Positions 47,245-58,995 of a stretch of DNA of 64,000 nt are shown here, piece after piece. The number at the start of each line of letters is the position of its first letter. Position 1 is the stretch's first letter. The DNA lies in assembly GCA_039208735.1 (NCBI GenBank), contig JBCCQY010000023.1, forward strand, positions 12,900 to 76,899, read 5' to 3'. The stretch comes from Myxococcota bacterium. Its GTDB lineage: Bacteria > Myxococcota_A > UBA796 > GCA-2862545. Below the pieces are notes generated by a model, which made no database searches, was not told the DNA's origin, and saw nothing but the letters and a program-made list of their open reading frames with translations. The translations under genes and the position numbers were made by a program.

Positions 47245-48059
47245 GCTGGGGTCTTGACGTCTCTTCCGATACGATTGAGCGTGCAAAGGCTGGCGATGCT
47301 GATGCCCTCGACGCCATCGCCATGATGATGATGCAGCCGGTCTACAATGTAGCGGTGCGCTTCCTCTACGAGCCCATTGAGGCTGAGGATGCGGCGCAAG
47401 AAGCCGTACTCCGGGTCCTGAAGGGTCTGCCTACCTTCCGAGGCGACAGCTCGTTTTCCACCTGGGCCTACCGAGTGGTCGTCCGCAGCCTTTCGAATGT
47501 TCGTCGTGGCCGACGCGAATCGCTCTCGATCGAAGACGGGATCCGGGCCCTTGATGAAGGGCTTGCCAGCGAGATGCTGGGCCCTGAAGATGCCGTGCTC
47601 GTCGAAGAGGTGAAGCTCTCCTGCACCACTGCGCTACTCGTTTGCCTGCCCCGATCCCAACGAATGGCCTACGTGCTGGGTGAGATCATGGGGTTCTCGG
47701 GTCCTGAAGCCGCATCCATTCTGGAAATCGCGCCCACGGCGTTTCGCCAACGACTCGCCGTGGCCCGAAAGACCGTGCGGGAGTTTTTTCGGGCACGCTG
47801 TGGCTTGGTCGACGAAGGGCTGCCCTGTCGATGTGAGCGGCAAGTGGCGTACTGCCGACGGGTCGGATTCATCGACCCGAGTGACCTGAGGTTCGCAAAC
47901 CGTGGCCCCGAGCACCGAAGCGCCTCCAAACGTCTCGACCAAGCGTTTGACGAAGCTTCCATCTACAGGGCTCATCCCAACTATGAGCCGACGCGAGCGC
48001 TCGGCTCTGCGATTCGGGCTCGGCTTGCCGAGGTGCTCGATGTCCAGGGAGAGGCCTAA
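47241..48059 (+). CDS. ECF sigma factor with Cys-rich C-terminal extension
   Basis: AEDAAQE, FRGDSSFSTWAYR, region-4 HTH, CGLV...CRC. Confidence 0.9.
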   Translation: MSWGLDVSSDTIERAKAGDADALDAIAMMMMQPVYNVAVRFLYEPIEAEDAAQEAVLRVLKGLPTFRGDSSFSTWAYRVVVRSLSNVRRGRRESLSIEDGIRALDEGLASEMLGPEDAVLVEEVKLSCTTALLVCLPRSQRMAYVLGEIMGFSGPEAASILEIAPTAFRQRLAVARKTVREFFRARCGLVDEGLPCRCERQVAYCRRVGFIDPSDLRFANRGPEHRSASKRLDQAFDEASIYRAHPNYEPTRALGSAIRARLAEVLDVQGEA

Positions 48060-48089
48060 ACCGAGGGTCCCGATGCGGTCAGTCGTCGC

Positions 48090-48266
48090 CCCGGTCTGGG
48101 TCGAAGGTCCGTCCGTAGGCGCGCGTGAGCGCCCGACCGCATTTTCGAGGCGATCGATGCGACGTGTGACCGTCGACACCCCAATGCCGAGCTGCGTCGC
48201 GGCCTTTGAAGCGGACCCGTTCCGGAGCACCGCGAGAAACAGTGGCAGATCGTCCCAAGGCGTCAT
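48090..48266 (-). pseudogene. LysR HTH remnant
   Basis: MTPWDDLPLFLAVLRNGSASKAATQLG...STVTRRIDRLE; no substrate-binding domain; ATGA-coupled to the upstream gene. Confidence 0.8.
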
Positions 48267-50056
48267 GGGGAGCGGCCCTCGAGTTCGGCCACCAGCTCCG
48301 CCAGACGGGCATCGCGCCCATTGACGTCCCAGTAAAATCGGTCCAGGAACGAGAGGTCCGCCGTTAGCTGATCCCGTGACAATGAAGGAACGGTCGGCAA
48401 ATACCCTTCGCGGTAGAACCGATCGAAGTCGGCCACGGGAAGCTCGGGCGCTTCCGTACGCCATCGTTCGATCAACGCCCGATCGTAGCGCCGCAGGAGC
48501 CAACGGCGGCGGCTTCGCCAAGGCGGGGGCAGTGAAATCTCGCGCACCGCATCCCACTTGCTCCGCTTCTTCGAGCGTTCGAGCACGACCCCGCGCTTGT
48601 CGAGGTAGCCAGGCGGTGGGTGTTTCTCGTGACCCGGACGGCCGCGTTGGGTCACGGGCTGCCGCGCGACGAGGGGGTCGGTGAGGCCCAACAGATCGAT
48701 GACCGGCATGCGTGAGTAGAACCCCAGCATGCCAATGCCCGACGTGGCCAACGGAAACACAATGCCACGCTGTTCGAGGTGGGTTCCAAACGCCTGACCC
48801 GCGTAGAAGTTCGAATGATCCACCACCAATGGAGACCACGAAACGACCGGGTAGATCGTGCCTTCATCGGCAAGGCCCATCTGAATGTGCCGCGGTTCGA
48901 CCAAGGGCACCCCGCGCGCACTGCCCAACAGGAGGGCCCCCAACGCAATGGCAAGGGCGGGCCTGCGGCCGTGGAGATGGGCAAACGTTCGTTCAGCCGC
49001 CAACAGGAGCAACGGCACCATCACCACAAAGAATCGACCCAGCATGAAATCGCCGCCTACCTTCAGGACGTAGGCGTGCCACACCACTCCCATGGCGCCT
49101 ACCAAGGCGGCGAAACGCTGTTCGTCTCCTCGTGCGAGGGCCACCCACGCGACGGCCGGACCCACCAACAGCCAAAGATGGCCCGCGACATAGCTCGCGG
49201 ACATGTAGAACAGTCCGTACGATACGTAGGTTTGGCCTGCACTCTTCGCGTAGTAGGTGTTGGGCATGATGTCGCCGTAGAAGGCGAGCTTGCCGAGGAG
49301 GACGACCGCGAGAAGGCCTAGCGGCGCGAGGTAGCGCAACATCCGCGCTGCGTCGCGTCGTGGCCAAGCCTCAAGTGCGGTGGCTACGAAGCCCATCCCC
49401 CAAAACAACGCCTGATCGAGCCGAACCACAACCCCGATCATCCAAATCAGGCTGGCCCAGCCAGGACGCCCTCGAAGCCACGCGAGTAAGCCCGCCAGCA
49501 AGAGCACCGCGGTGAATTCGGTTTCGAGTCCTGTGGTCGCAAATGAGGTGAGAAAGTGGTGCACCAGCGCCAAACCTGCGGCCCAGGGAACCCAAGGGCC
49601 TGCGGGGTCCGGGCGGTCGTGGAGGGTGCGGGACAAACCGAGGAGCAGCCCGCCCACCAGCAGCCAAGACAGCCCACAGGCGATGAGCGCAACGTGCTCG
49701 ATGGAGCCCGGGAGTAGGGCCCACCCAACGGCAAGGAGCACGGTCCACCCTAGGTTTGTGATGCCTTCGACCCGTTCTCCCGGGTTCCACACTAAGCCGT
49801 GGCCCGACAGCAGATTGTCGGCGTGCCGAAAACTGATGAACGCGTCGTCGACGAGGGAGGCTTGTTGAACGACGAAACCGAGTCCGAGGAGCCCGGCCAC
49901 CCCCACGAGGACTGGCGCAAGGGCTTTGGGCCAACGCGCCGCGGTGGCTGCCAACCCTGCGCCGAACAAGGCCAAGACGAGCATCACGGGCCATGCCGCG
50001 GACTCGGTCGCGAGCAGTCGGGTGCCCAATTCGCCCCAAGCCGGAGATGCGGTCAT
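48263..50056 (-). CDS. Polytopic GT-C-like membrane glycosyltransferase
   Basis: DDAFISFR, ERVEG, GLET, PNTYYAK, GGDFM, IDLLGLTD, GHEK. Confidence 0.75.
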   Translation of the reverse strand: MTASPAWGELGTRLLATESAAWPVMLVLALFGAGLAATAARWPKALAPVLVGVAGLLGLGFVVQQASLVDDAFISFRHADNLLSGHGLVWNPGERVEGITNLGWTVLLAVGWALLPGSIEHVALIACGLSWLLVGGLLLGLSRTLHDRPDPAGPWVPWAAGLALVHHFLTSFATTGLETEFTAVLLLAGLLAWLRGRPGWASLIWMIGVVVRLDQALFWGMGFVATALEAWPRRDAARMLRYLAPLGLLAVVLLGKLAFYGDIMPNTYYAKSAGQTYVSYGLFYMSASYVAGHLWLLVGPAVAWVALARGDEQRFAALVGAMGVVWHAYVLKVGGDFMLGRFFVVMVPLLLLAAERTFAHLHGRRPALAIALGALLLGSARGVPLVEPRHIQMGLADEGTIYPVVSWSPLVVDHSNFYAGQAFGTHLEQRGIVFPLATSGIGMLGFYSRMPVIDLLGLTDPLVARQPVTQRGRPGHEKHPPPGYLDKRGVVLERSKKRSKWDAVREISLPPPWRSRRRWLLRRYDRALIERWRTEAPELPVADFDRFYREGYLPTVPSLSRDQLTADLSFLDRFYWDVNGRDARLAELVAELEGRSP

Positions 50057-52335
50057 GGCTGCACCTCGTCGATCGCGCGAAGGTGTCCGATGGCCCCCGT
50101 TCCTTTCCCGCGAGGCCGGATGAATAGGGTGTCGGCCCCTTCACCGAGGTCCTCGGGAGCGACGGCGAGTCGGTGAAGCGTGAGGTCACCGCGCTCGTGT
50201 TTGCCGAGTGGCTCGGCTTTCACTTGTCGACGGGCCAGGACCTCGTCCTTACGCCGCCACTCGACCATGTAGCCGAGGCCATCGGCCAACCCCAATTCGA
50301 TGGATGCAGGGTTTTGGAGCGAGTCATCTAGGGCAATTGCAAGACCACGTTGGTCGAACATAGTGACGCCCCGGACCCGTCGTGATGTGCCGGACTCCAT
50401 CACTGTCGCGAAATCCGAGGCGGTCCGTTGCAGTGGACCCTGGCTGCATTGGACGGTCACCGCTTCATCCGTGCGCACGATGCGAAGGCCTTCCACGAAA
50501 GTGCGTCGCTCGGCGGGCCGCAGGACCACATCGAGCGACGTGCGCTGGTCGAGTTCGATCACGTCGCGTTCCGTCGGGGCGGGCAAGACCTGGTCTGTCG
50601 TCACCCCGCGGCATCGGAACCTAGCCTGTATGTCGTCAGCGACTTCGACGGTCCAACGTCCCGCGGGAACTGCAATCCGAAACAACTCACCGGGATTGTT
50701 CGGTTCGATGCGCGTCAGCACGGTACGGCCACGGAGGTACGCGGGAGCCCCTTTGTGGCGAGCCAACAGGTAGCCGGGCACCGCAATCGCGTCGGGGGTT
50801 CGGACGACTCCGAGCGGACCATCTTCCCGACGCAAGAACAGGTGGACCGACCACCACCGGCGCCGCACCTGGACCTTGAGGTTCACGTACTGGTAGAAGT
50901 CGTCGAACTCCGCGTGACGGAGCATGCCGCGCGCACTGATGTAGCGGGGGCGCGTGGTCCCATTGGTGCCATTGAACAGCATCAAATCTGGCTTGCGGGA
51001 CCACACATAGTCGGCGTTCCCGAGGTCATGACCCAAGGCACGGCCCCCGAACTGGGGAGGAGGATGGTGCGCGAGCCATCGATCGTTGAGGCCGAGGAGA
51101 TCCAAGGAACGAAGTTCGCTATAGAACGCGAGCGCCCCCGCGGCATCCATCGCGAACAACGGATCGGCATGGCCAAATGCGCGCCGCAGCGTTCGCCCTA
51201 CGGGTGGTCCGGCCGTCCATCCTTCACGGTCGAAGGCCTTGTCGATGAGCCGTCCGGTATTGGCTCCGTAGGCGTGTACAAGCCAAATCGGTACAACCAA
51301 TCGGGCTGCCGAAACCTGGGGAATCGTGGTCGCGGCTTCGGCCGTCAGCCACGCCAACAATCCAAAAATGGGTACGAGGAAGCGCCAACCCGCCATGAAG
51401 TCGCCACCCACAAACGCGATGTAGCCACTCCAAAGGACGCAGGTGACCGCGGGTACGAGCACGCGGGACCACGGCGCCCGGGCCAACGCGGCCATCGCCC
51501 CGATGACGAAGACCCCGTGACGCAACAACCCTTCGCCCACGTACTCGAGGCCTCTTTGGGCCCGGGCCCAGGTGAAGCTGACTTTGGCCCGTGCGGTGTT
51601 GGGAATCCAATCGTCGTAGTAGACGAGGCGAAAGATCTGCTGACCGATCGCGGCAAGAGCCGGCAGAACCAACACGGGCCATAAGGCCCGAATCGCGGGC
51701 CTACGCTCGGCATCGATGATGTAGAGCAAACCCAAACCCGCCATCGTTGCGAGCCACAACCCCGCCGCATCGGCCCGGGTGAGTACCGCCAACGCAAACA
51801 GTCCCGCCGCAACCCAGCGGGGGGCAGGTTCGGAGGTGTGAAGCCCACGAACGATGGCCACGCTCCCCGCGGTCACAAATCCGGCCAGAAGGGTCTGTTC
51901 CAGTCCCGCGGATGCCCAAATCACCAAGGCCCCGGTGAGCCACGTGATCATGCCGCCAAAAGCGACGCGGACCAGGTTGGGCCGCCAGGGCCGCAGGGGA
52001 TCGATCGAGGCCCCCACGACGACCAAGGCCATGCCGAGGCCCCCCAGAACGTGCGTGGTGGTCACCCAGCGCAGGCCCAGCGGGCGCAGGGCGGCGCACA
52101 GCACCACCCACAGGAAATTGGAGTAGCCCTCCACCCACTCCCCATCCGTCCACGTGAGGCCCTTACCCTCGAGCAAACGCCTGGAATAGCGAAGGGAGAT
52201 GAACGCATCGTCGTAGTAGTAGCCGCCGTACCTCGCGATCTGAATCGCGGCGACGGCAAGAACGGCAAGGAGAAGGCCGCCCCACACCCAACGGAACCAC
52301 GGTCGAGCCGGGGTGGCATCGGCATCGTGCAACAT
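50053..52335 (-). CDS. Polytopic GT-C-like membrane glycosyltransferase (paralog) with extra C-terminal domain
   Basis: DDAFISLRY, VEGYSN, PNTARAK, GGDFM, DLLGLND, GHD. Confidence 0.75.
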   Translation of the reverse strand: MLHDADATPARPWFRWVWGGLLLAVLAVAAIQIARYGGYYYDDAFISLRYSRRLLEGKGLTWTDGEWVEGYSNFLWVVLCAALRPLGLRWVTTTHVLGGLGMALVVVGASIDPLRPWRPNLVRVAFGGMITWLTGALVIWASAGLEQTLLAGFVTAGSVAIVRGLHTSEPAPRWVAAGLFALAVLTRADAAGLWLATMAGLGLLYIIDAERRPAIRALWPVLVLPALAAIGQQIFRLVYYDDWIPNTARAKVSFTWARAQRGLEYVGEGLLRHGVFVIGAMAALARAPWSRVLVPAVTCVLWSGYIAFVGGDFMAGWRFLVPIFGLLAWLTAEAATTIPQVSAARLVVPIWLVHAYGANTGRLIDKAFDREGWTAGPPVGRTLRRAFGHADPLFAMDAAGALAFYSELRSLDLLGLNDRWLAHHPPPQFGGRALGHDLGNADYVWSRKPDLMLFNGTNGTTRPRYISARGMLRHAEFDDFYQYVNLKVQVRRRWWSVHLFLRREDGPLGVVRTPDAIAVPGYLLARHKGAPAYLRGRTVLTRIEPNNPGELFRIAVPAGRWTVEVADDIQARFRCRGVTTDQVLPAPTERDVIELDQRTSLDVVLRPAERRTFVEGLRIVRTDEAVTVQCSQGPLQRTASDFATVMESGTSRRVRGVTMFDQRGLAIALDDSLQNPASIELGLADGLGYMVEWRRKDEVLARRQVKAEPLGKHERGDLTLHRLAVAPEDLGEGADTLFIRPRGKGTGAIGHLRAIDEVQP

Positions 52336-52431
52336 GGGCGCAGCATAGCGGGTCGCCCAACATGATGTCTCGAGGCGTCGCGTGGTTGCGAGCCCCTTAG
52401 CAACCGGGCAACATCACCCGACGGAGGTCCG

Positions 52432-55400
52432 GTGACGTCGATCGCTCGGTTGCTCACGCTTTCTATTGTTTTATTCTCGTTCTTCGGCTGTTCTGACACC
52501 GATGGCGACGGCACGCGGGACGGTCGCGATTGCGCTCCGGACGACCCTGCGGTTCACCCCGAAGCCGCAGAGACCTGCGACGGCATCGACAACAACTGCA
52601 ATGGGCAGATCGACGAAGGCGTGGCGGTCGTTGCGTACTGGGATCGGGATGGGGACGGTTTTGGGGACCCCAACTTTGCCCGCCGGGTGTGCACCGTTCC
52701 TGAAGATGGCGTCGAGCAAGCCGGCGATTGCGATGATGATGACCCCTTGACCCACGAGGGCGCCGTCGAGGTCTGCGATGAAGCCGACAACGACTGCAAC
52801 GGCGTGCCGGATGATGGGGTACTGCGAACGTTCTACGTCGACAACGACGGGGATGGCCGAGGAACCTCAGACCAAACGACCGAAGCGTGTTTCGTTCCGT
52901 CGGGGTTTGCCCCGACCAACGACGACTGTGACGATGCCGATCCCGAAGCATGGACGAACCGGCCCGAACTCTGCGACGGCATCGACAACGACTGTGACGG
53001 CAGCATCGATGAGGATGTGCTGCTCGGCCGGTACTTCGTCGATGCAGACGGGGATGGATTTGGCGATCCGACGCAGCCCATCGTGGCGTGCGGGCCTGGC
53101 ATCGGGGTGGCCGACAACGACCTGGACTGCAACGACCAGGACCCGAATGAGAATCCCGACACCATCGAGATCCGCAACAATGCGGTGGATGAGGACTGCG
53201 ACGGCTACATCGACGAATACGGGGTGGGACCTGGCGAAGAAGCGGCGACGTTCGACGATCTCGCGCTCAACTCGCTGACCGACAATGCAATCATCCAGTT
53301 TTCGGCCGGCACCCACCTCGTCAACCTCGATGTCCGAGAGGATCTCGAGGCGGGTTGGACAATCGCTGGGGCGGGTTGTGAACGGACGACGTTGCTGTCG
53401 GCGGGAGCCGGAAGCGTGGTGCGAATGTCTCAAGGTACCTTGGCCGACCTCACGATCGCCGGTGGTACCGGCACATCGGTAACGATTGCCACGGCCTTTG
53501 ACGGGCCAAATGGGCCCAAGACCTACGTGATGGGTGGGGGCGTGCTCATCGAAAACACGTCGAGCGTGGCCGGGGACTGTGAGCCGGACGATGCGGAGTG
53601 CGTTCGGATTCGCAGGGTCTGCTTCGAGAGCAACAGCGCATCGGATCGGGGCGGCGCCATCGGGCTTGGCACAGGCCGGGCGCTCATCGAAGACAGCCGG
53701 ATCGAGGGCAATGGAGCGGGCGGCAATGGCGGAGGAATCTACGCTCATCCCGCGACCGAACTACGGATTCGACGCACCGAGATTCTCGACAACGTGGCCG
53801 GAGACTTGGGCGGCGGAGTGCACGTCCGTGCGGCGCACGCCGAACTCGACAACGTCGTCGTGGCCGGAAACCTCTGTGAAGGCGACGGTGGCTGCGGCGT
53901 CGACATGTCCGATGAGACGAATGCGCTCGGACCCGACGCGCCGACCGGCGCACTCCGTCATGTGACGTTTCATGCGAACGTGGGTGCGTCATCCTTGCGT
54001 CGCGGGGTGGCCCTCCGCGTCCGTCAGGGGCAGGTCACGGTCGAAGACACCTTGTTCACCGACCACACCGATGAGGTCTCGGTCATCGCCTTCGATCGAG
54101 AGCCCTGTGCCGAAAACGACACCAACGTCTGTGCCCAGACCTTTGGATTCAACAGCTGCCCCCTTCCGAGCTGCAGTTTGGATCGTTGCTCGCTAACCCT
54201 GAATCGGGTTGGGTTCGCGGGGAACGCCGGCATCGATCTGGTGACCCACTTCGTCGACGTTGCCGACCGAGACCGCGGGTCTTGGGTGCCCGATCGTCAG
54301 ACCGGTGATGTCGCTTACCTTCGCGGCGGGGCGATGCCCCCGGTGGGAGGCTGGGACCTGCGTCAGCGCGTGGTCTCGCCCTTTGTCGACCTCGGCGCGT
54401 TCGCGGGTGTGGGAGCGCCGGTCAGTGACCCGCCGCTCGATTCCGATGAAGACCTGGATGGTCTGTTCTACGGTGACGAAATCGCTTCGGGCACCAATCC
54501 CGTGGTGCCCGATGGCGACGTCGATGCGGACGTCGATGGCCTGACCGCGCTTGAGGAGGTAGCCGGAGGTACCGATCCGAGCGTCGCCGACACCGATGAC
54601 GACGGGGTCTTCGATGGTGATGAAGTCACGTTGGGAACCGACCCGCTCGATCCACGGGATCAGGCACCCATCGCAGATGCGGGGCCCCATCGCTGGGGCG
54701 CCTGGGTCGGCAATCCGGTGAGTCTGTCGGGCGCGGCGTCGTTCGATCCGCAAGGCACCGCATTGACCTTTGGGTGGACCGTCGATGCAGCCCCTGGAGG
54801 TTCGACGGCCCAGCCGGCCGATCCCAACCAGGTGAGCACGACCTTCACGCCCGATGTTCCGGGCACCTACCGCATCAGGTTGACGGTGGGCGATGGCAAC
54901 AGCTCCGACGCACACACCCTTTCGGTGGTCGCCTACGACGGGGTCATTGTGCCGACCCAAGCCGCGACCCTCGCCGATGCCTTGGCCATGGGCATGCCCA
55001 TCGGGCTCGAGCCCGGCACCTACACGACCGACATCGATGTTCGCGACGATGGCCTCACGCTGGTGGGGCTTGGCGACGACCCTTCGGCCGTCGTGCTGCA
55101 AGGCACTGGCCAAGGCCCCGTCATTGAGGTCAATGAGGGCGATGCGGTTCGCTTGGCGAACCTCACCGTGAGCGATGGCGTGGGCTTCGATGGCGGTGGC
55201 CTGTTGGTTCGCACTGCGGCCGAGGTTGAGCTGTTCGGGGTTGTCATGCGTGACAACGTGGCCGAACGTGGTGGGGGCCTGTTTGTCAATGCGGCTCCGC
55301 TGCGTCTGCAAGACGTCCATGTCCGCGACAACATCGCCATGACAGATGGGGGAGGGATCTGGCTTGAAAGCCGAGGGAACCCGCTGGACCTTGTCGACGT

Positions 55401-58400
55401 CACCGTCGCCCAGAATACAGCCGAGCAAGGCGGTGGGCTGTTCGTCACCACCGGAGACCGCTGTTTTGACGATCCGACCGCCTTCGATGGTCGGTTTGAA
55501 CGCGTTCGGTGGGTGGGCAACGGTGCCCCCGTGGGTGCCGCGGTTGCGCATGAGGGGCCCGCCGGACGGTTGACCTTCATCCACAACGATGTCGTCGGGC
55601 AGCGTGGAGACAGTGTTTGGTACTCCGATGGCGGAGCGTTCGTCGCTTCATCAACCGCCCTTGCGGGCAACGGAACCGCTTCGCTGGTCGCCGGCCGCAC
55701 CGCAGACGTGACCTCACTGACCGCCACCCTCGAGGCCGCAGACCCTCTTGAGGTGGGTTGGGCCTTGGTGACCGACGATGGGAACGCGGACGACGACGTC
55801 TTTGGGCTCGTCGTGGGCAGTCCGGCGCGGGATGCAGGGTTGGGACGGGATCGAGATGGATCTCCGGCCGACATCGGATCCTGTGGGGGTCTCGAGGCAC
55901 CCCCTTCGTGCTTCCGGTACGGTCGGGACGGAGAAGCAGATGGGCTTGATGACGGTTGGGAACTTCATTTTGGACTCGACCCGTTGCTTGACGATGCAGG
56001 GCTCGATGGGGATGGCGATGGGCTGACGCATGCCGACGAATTGGCCGGTGGCACCGACCCGACGGATGCGGACAGCGATGAGGACGGCGATCCTGACGGG
56101 GTTGACGATGCGCCACGAACCGATTTGGATGAACGCCCCATTGCGCGCATTGCGGTGACCGATGACGGAGCGACGGTGACCCTCGACGGCACCGCTTCGA
56201 GTGACCCGACCGACGCGACCCTCGCCTACCGCTGGTCGCTGCGGGGTCCGGCGGGCTCACTTGCCGATGTGCAGCCCGTGGATGGTGAAGTCGCTTCGCT
56301 CAGCCCCGATCTCGCAGGGCTTTACCGGGTCGATCTGGTGGTCACCGACTCGACGACGGACTCGCGACGAGCCCGAACGGTGGTCATTCGTCGCAACGTT
56401 CGGTTGTTGGAGGAATTCACCGATCTGGTGACCGCGGCCGCTCAGGTCGGCCCGAACGATGTCATCTTGCTGCCCGCCGGCGAGACGGTCACCGAACCGA
56501 TCGACGTCGACCAGGTGTTGCGATTGCGCGGAGCCGACGCCACGTCGACGCTGCGGTCCTCCGAGGTGGGAGTGCCCCTGTTTGTGGTCGATGACGAGGA
56601 GACGTTGGGCCTCGAAGATCTGATCGTCGCCGAAACCAGTGGAGACGTTGGCGGTGCGGTGTCCTGCATCGAGGGGACGGTCGAGGCCACGCGAGTCACC
56701 CTGCGCGACAACATCGCCCAGCAGGGAGCAGCCCTGCATCTTTTGGGCTGTCGCACCGAACTCACCGATGTGGTCTTCCTCCGAAATCAGACGAACCGCA
56801 TTGGCGGCGCGGTGTTTGCGCGTGGCGGTACGTTCCGATGGATCGGCGGGGCTGGGATCGATGGGACGTCGCAAGATGCGGGCGGGATTCTGCTGCTGGA
56901 CGGCGTAACCGCTGACGTTCGCAACATCGTGTTCACCGGCAATCGCGCTGCGAACAATGGCCACGCGGTTCGAGTGATCAGCGAAGGGAACTTCGAGCCG
57001 GCGTTGTCCCGGTTCTCGCACCTCACGTTGTTCCAGAATGGCGAGGGGCTTTCGGGCTCGGGCCTTTCGTTCGACACCCCCCATGAAAACGAAGTCTTCA
57101 ACTCGGTGTTCGTTGACAACGCAGGGTTCGATGTGGCCTCCGTGCAACCGCTCGACGTCCGGCGCGGCGGTTTTCCGCAAGGCACCGCGAACGCCGTCAA
57201 TGCCCCCGTGAACGTCATCGCGCCGGTCACAGACATCAATGTTGGCTTTGCGAATCCGCTCCCGGCGAACCTGGATCTGCGTTTGACCAACCTTTCGGCC
57301 TACATCGAGGCTGGGCTGGGGACGGATCGGGACGGAACCGCCGCCGACCTGGGGGCGTTTGGTGGCCCGAACGCCCCAGACGGTTGGGATCTGTACCTCA
57401 TCGACTCCGATGGAGATGGTCTCGACGATGGCTGGGAGCTGCTGGTGGGCCTCGATCCCCAGGCGCCTGACGCAGGTGATGATCTCGATGGCGACGGGCT
57501 GACCAACCTTGAGGAGTACGGTCCGTTCACCGTAGCGGGAGGACGGCTTGTGCGCAGCGACCCCTTCCTCGCCGACACGGATGGGGATGGATTCGACGAT
57601 GGGGTTGAGGAACAAGCCGGAACCGACCCCACAACGCCAGATGGAATGGCAGGCATCTTGACCGACACCGAAGTATTCGCCGTGCCCGGAATCGAGGTGG
57701 AGCTGCGGGCCGTTGCCGTGGGGGCGGTCACGGGCGCCTCCTGGCGCATCGTTCGTCAGCCCCCTGCCTCCAGCCTCGACGAAGGCGACCTTACCCAAGT
57801 CGACGACCTTCCAGACCGCATCAGCGACCTCACCTTCACGCCCCAAGTGTCGGGTCGCATCGTCATTGGCATCGCCTTCGACGATGCCCAAGGCCGTACG
57901 CCAGAGACGCTGATCGACGTTTGGGTCGCGGGCGATTTGAATGTGCCGGGGGATTACGACGATGTGGCCTCGGCGCTCGCGGATTTGGCCCCCGATAGCA
58001 CCCTGCGGCTGGGCACCGGCACCTTCGCACTCAACGCGGTGCGCACGGGAAATACCTCGATTACCGGCCAAGGACCTGACTCGATTCTGGATGGCAATCG
58101 TGTGGGGCCCGTGATCGATCAGACGCTGGGCACGCTTACGCTGTCGAACCTGACGGTGACGGGCGGGCGCAACCTCCGGGGCGGAGGGCTCGTTCTGGAT
58201 CGGGTCACCGCGACCTTTATGGATGTTTGGATCGTCGACAACGAAGCCTTCGACGGGGGCGGCATGTTCCTGCTCAACTCCCCGCTGGATGCGACAGGAC
58301 TACGGCTCCTCGACAACGTGGCCACTCGCCTTGGCGGCGGTGCGGAAATCGAAAGCACCCAAGACACGTCTCCGGAGAAGATCGACATTCGTCAGTCCGT

Positions 58401-58995
58401 CATCGCGGGCAACACTGCCATCCAGCTCCTTGGCGGAGGGCTTTCGTTGCGCCAGGTCGATTCGGTCTTCACCAATGTCATCTTCGCGAACAATCGGGCC
58501 GTATCAGGTGGCGCGGTGCGCATCTTGGGCGATGGGGAAGACGATGCTTCGGCCGTCTTCGAGCATGTGACCGCGACGTACAACGAAGCCACGGACGTGG
58601 GGGCCTTCCTCTTGGCCGACGGCGCCAAGGAGCTGGAGTTCAACAACACCATCTTGTTCCGTCAGTTGAGCGGTTCTGACCTTCGGATCAATGACGTCGA
58701 CATGTTGCCCGAGGTCTTTGTCTTTGAGAACACGTTGGTGACGGGAAACCTGGAGCCGCCCTTCGACTTCGATGGCAGTTCGCTTCCGGTGCCTATGGAC
58801 GGCATGGATGGCAACCAGGTCAACACGGGCGCACCTGGGTTTGTGGAGATCACGGAGAGCCTTCCGTACACCGAGCATGATTGGAACCTCAATCCGACCC
58901 TTTCGACCGCGGTCAATGCCGGGTTCAATGAAGCCGGGGACCCGGTGGACCTGGGGGCTTTTGGGGGAGCGGGTGGCAACTGGAGTCCGTTCTGA
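52432..58995 (+). CDS. Giant surface lipoprotein with MopE-type repeats, beta-helix modules, DxDxDG repeats and PKD/Ig-like domains
   Basis: FFGC lipobox; four DC...D.DC.G repeats; repeated N.A..GGG motifs; modules end in D(L/I)G(A/S)..G. Confidence 0.88.
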   Translation: MTSIARLLTLSIVLFSFFGCSDTDGDGTRDGRDCAPDDPAVHPEAAETCDGIDNNCNGQIDEGVAVVAYWDRDGDGFGDPNFARRVCTVPEDGVEQAGDCDDDDPLTHEGAVEVCDEADNDCNGVPDDGVLRTFYVDNDGDGRGTSDQTTEACFVPSGFAPTNDDCDDADPEAWTNRPELCDGIDNDCDGSIDEDVLLGRYFVDADGDGFGDPTQPIVACGPGIGVADNDLDCNDQDPNENPDTIEIRNNAVDEDCDGYIDEYGVGPGEEAATFDDLALNSLTDNAIIQFSAGTHLVNLDVREDLEAGWTIAGAGCERTTLLSAGAGSVVRMSQGTLADLTIAGGTGTSVTIATAFDGPNGPKTYVMGGGVLIENTSSVAGDCEPDDAECVRIRRVCFESNSASDRGGAIGLGTGRALIEDSRIEGNGAGGNGGGIYAHPATELRIRRTEILDNVAGDLGGGVHVRAAHAELDNVVVAGNLCEGDGGCGVDMSDETNALGPDAPTGALRHVTFHANVGASSLRRGVALRVRQGQVTVEDTLFTDHTDEVSVIAFDREPCAENDTNVCAQTFGFNSCPLPSCSLDRCSLTLNRVGFAGNAGIDLVTHFVDVADRDRGSWVPDRQTGDVAYLRGGAMPPVGGWDLRQRVVSPFVDLGAFAGVGAPVSDPPLDSDEDLDGLFYGDEIASGTNPVVPDGDVDADVDGLTALEEVAGGTDPSVADTDDDGVFDGDEVTLGTDPLDPRDQAPIADAGPHRWGAWVGNPVSLSGAASFDPQGTALTFGWTVDAAPGGSTAQPADPNQVSTTFTPDVPGTYRIRLTVGDGNSSDAHTLSVVAYDGVIVPTQAATLADALAMGMPIGLEPGTYTTDIDVRDDGLTLVGLGDDPSAVVLQGTGQGPVIEVNEGDAVRLANLTVSDGVGFDGGGLLVRTAAEVELFGVVMRDNVAERGGGLFVNAAPLRLQDVHVRDNIAMTDGGGIWLESRGNPLDLVDVTVAQNTAEQGGGLFVTTGDRCFDDPTAFDGRFERVRWVGNGAPVGAAVAHEGPAGRLTFIHNDVVGQRGDSVWYSDGGAFVASSTALAGNGTASLVAGRTADVTSLTATLEAADPLEVGWALVTDDGNADDDVFGLVVGSPARDAGLGRDRDGSPADIGSCGGLEAPPSCFRYGRDGEADGLDDGWELHFGLDPLLDDAGLDGDGDGLTHADELAGGTDPTDADSDEDGDPDGVDDAPRTDLDERPIARIAVTDDGATVTLDGTASSDPTDATLAYRWSLRGPAGSLADVQPVDGEVASLSPDLAGLYRVDLVVTDSTTDSRRARTVVIRRNVRLLEEFTDLVTAAAQVGPNDVILLPAGETVTEPIDVDQVLRLRGADATSTLRSSEVGVPLFVVDDEETLGLEDLIVAETSGDVGGAVSCIEGTVEATRVTLRDNIAQQGAALHLLGCRTELTDVVFLRNQTNRIGGAVFARGGTFRWIGGAGIDGTSQDAGGILLLDGVTADVRNIVFTGNRAANNGHAVRVISEGNFEPALSRFSHLTLFQNGEGLSGSGLSFDTPHENEVFNSVFVDNAGFDVASVQPLDVRRGGFPQGTANAVNAPVNVIAPVTDINVGFANPLPANLDLRLTNLSAYIEAGLGTDRDGTAADLGAFGGPNAPDGWDLYLIDSDGDGLDDGWELLVGLDPQAPDAGDDLDGDGLTNLEEYGPFTVAGGRLVRSDPFLADTDGDGFDDGVEEQAGTDPTTPDGMAGILTDTEVFAVPGIEVELRAVAVGAVTGASWRIVRQPPASSLDEGDLTQVDDLPDRISDLTFTPQVSGRIVIGIAFDDAQGRTPETLIDVWVAGDLNVPGDYDDVASALADLAPDSTLRLGTGTFALNAVRTGNTSITGQGPDSILDGNRVGPVIDQTLGTLTLSNLTVTGGRNLRGGGLVLDRVTATFMDVWIVDNEAFDGGGMFLLNSPLDATGLRLLDNVATRLGGGAEIESTQDTSPEKIDIRQSVIAGNTAIQLLGGGLSLRQVDSVFTNVIFANNRAVSGGAVRILGDGEDDASAVFEHVTATYNEATDVGAFLLADGAKELEFNNTILFRQLSGSDLRINDVDMLPEVFVFENTLVTGNLEPPFDFDGSSLPVPMDGMDGNQVNTGAPGFVEITESLPYTEHDWNLNPTLSTAVNAGFNEAGDPVDLGAFGGAGGNWSPF

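Noticed and set aside
47634..48839. 401-aa minus-strand ORF as a real gene
   Set aside because: Only the LysR HTH part looks genuine; the rest overlaps the GT-C gene and the antisense strand of the sigma gene
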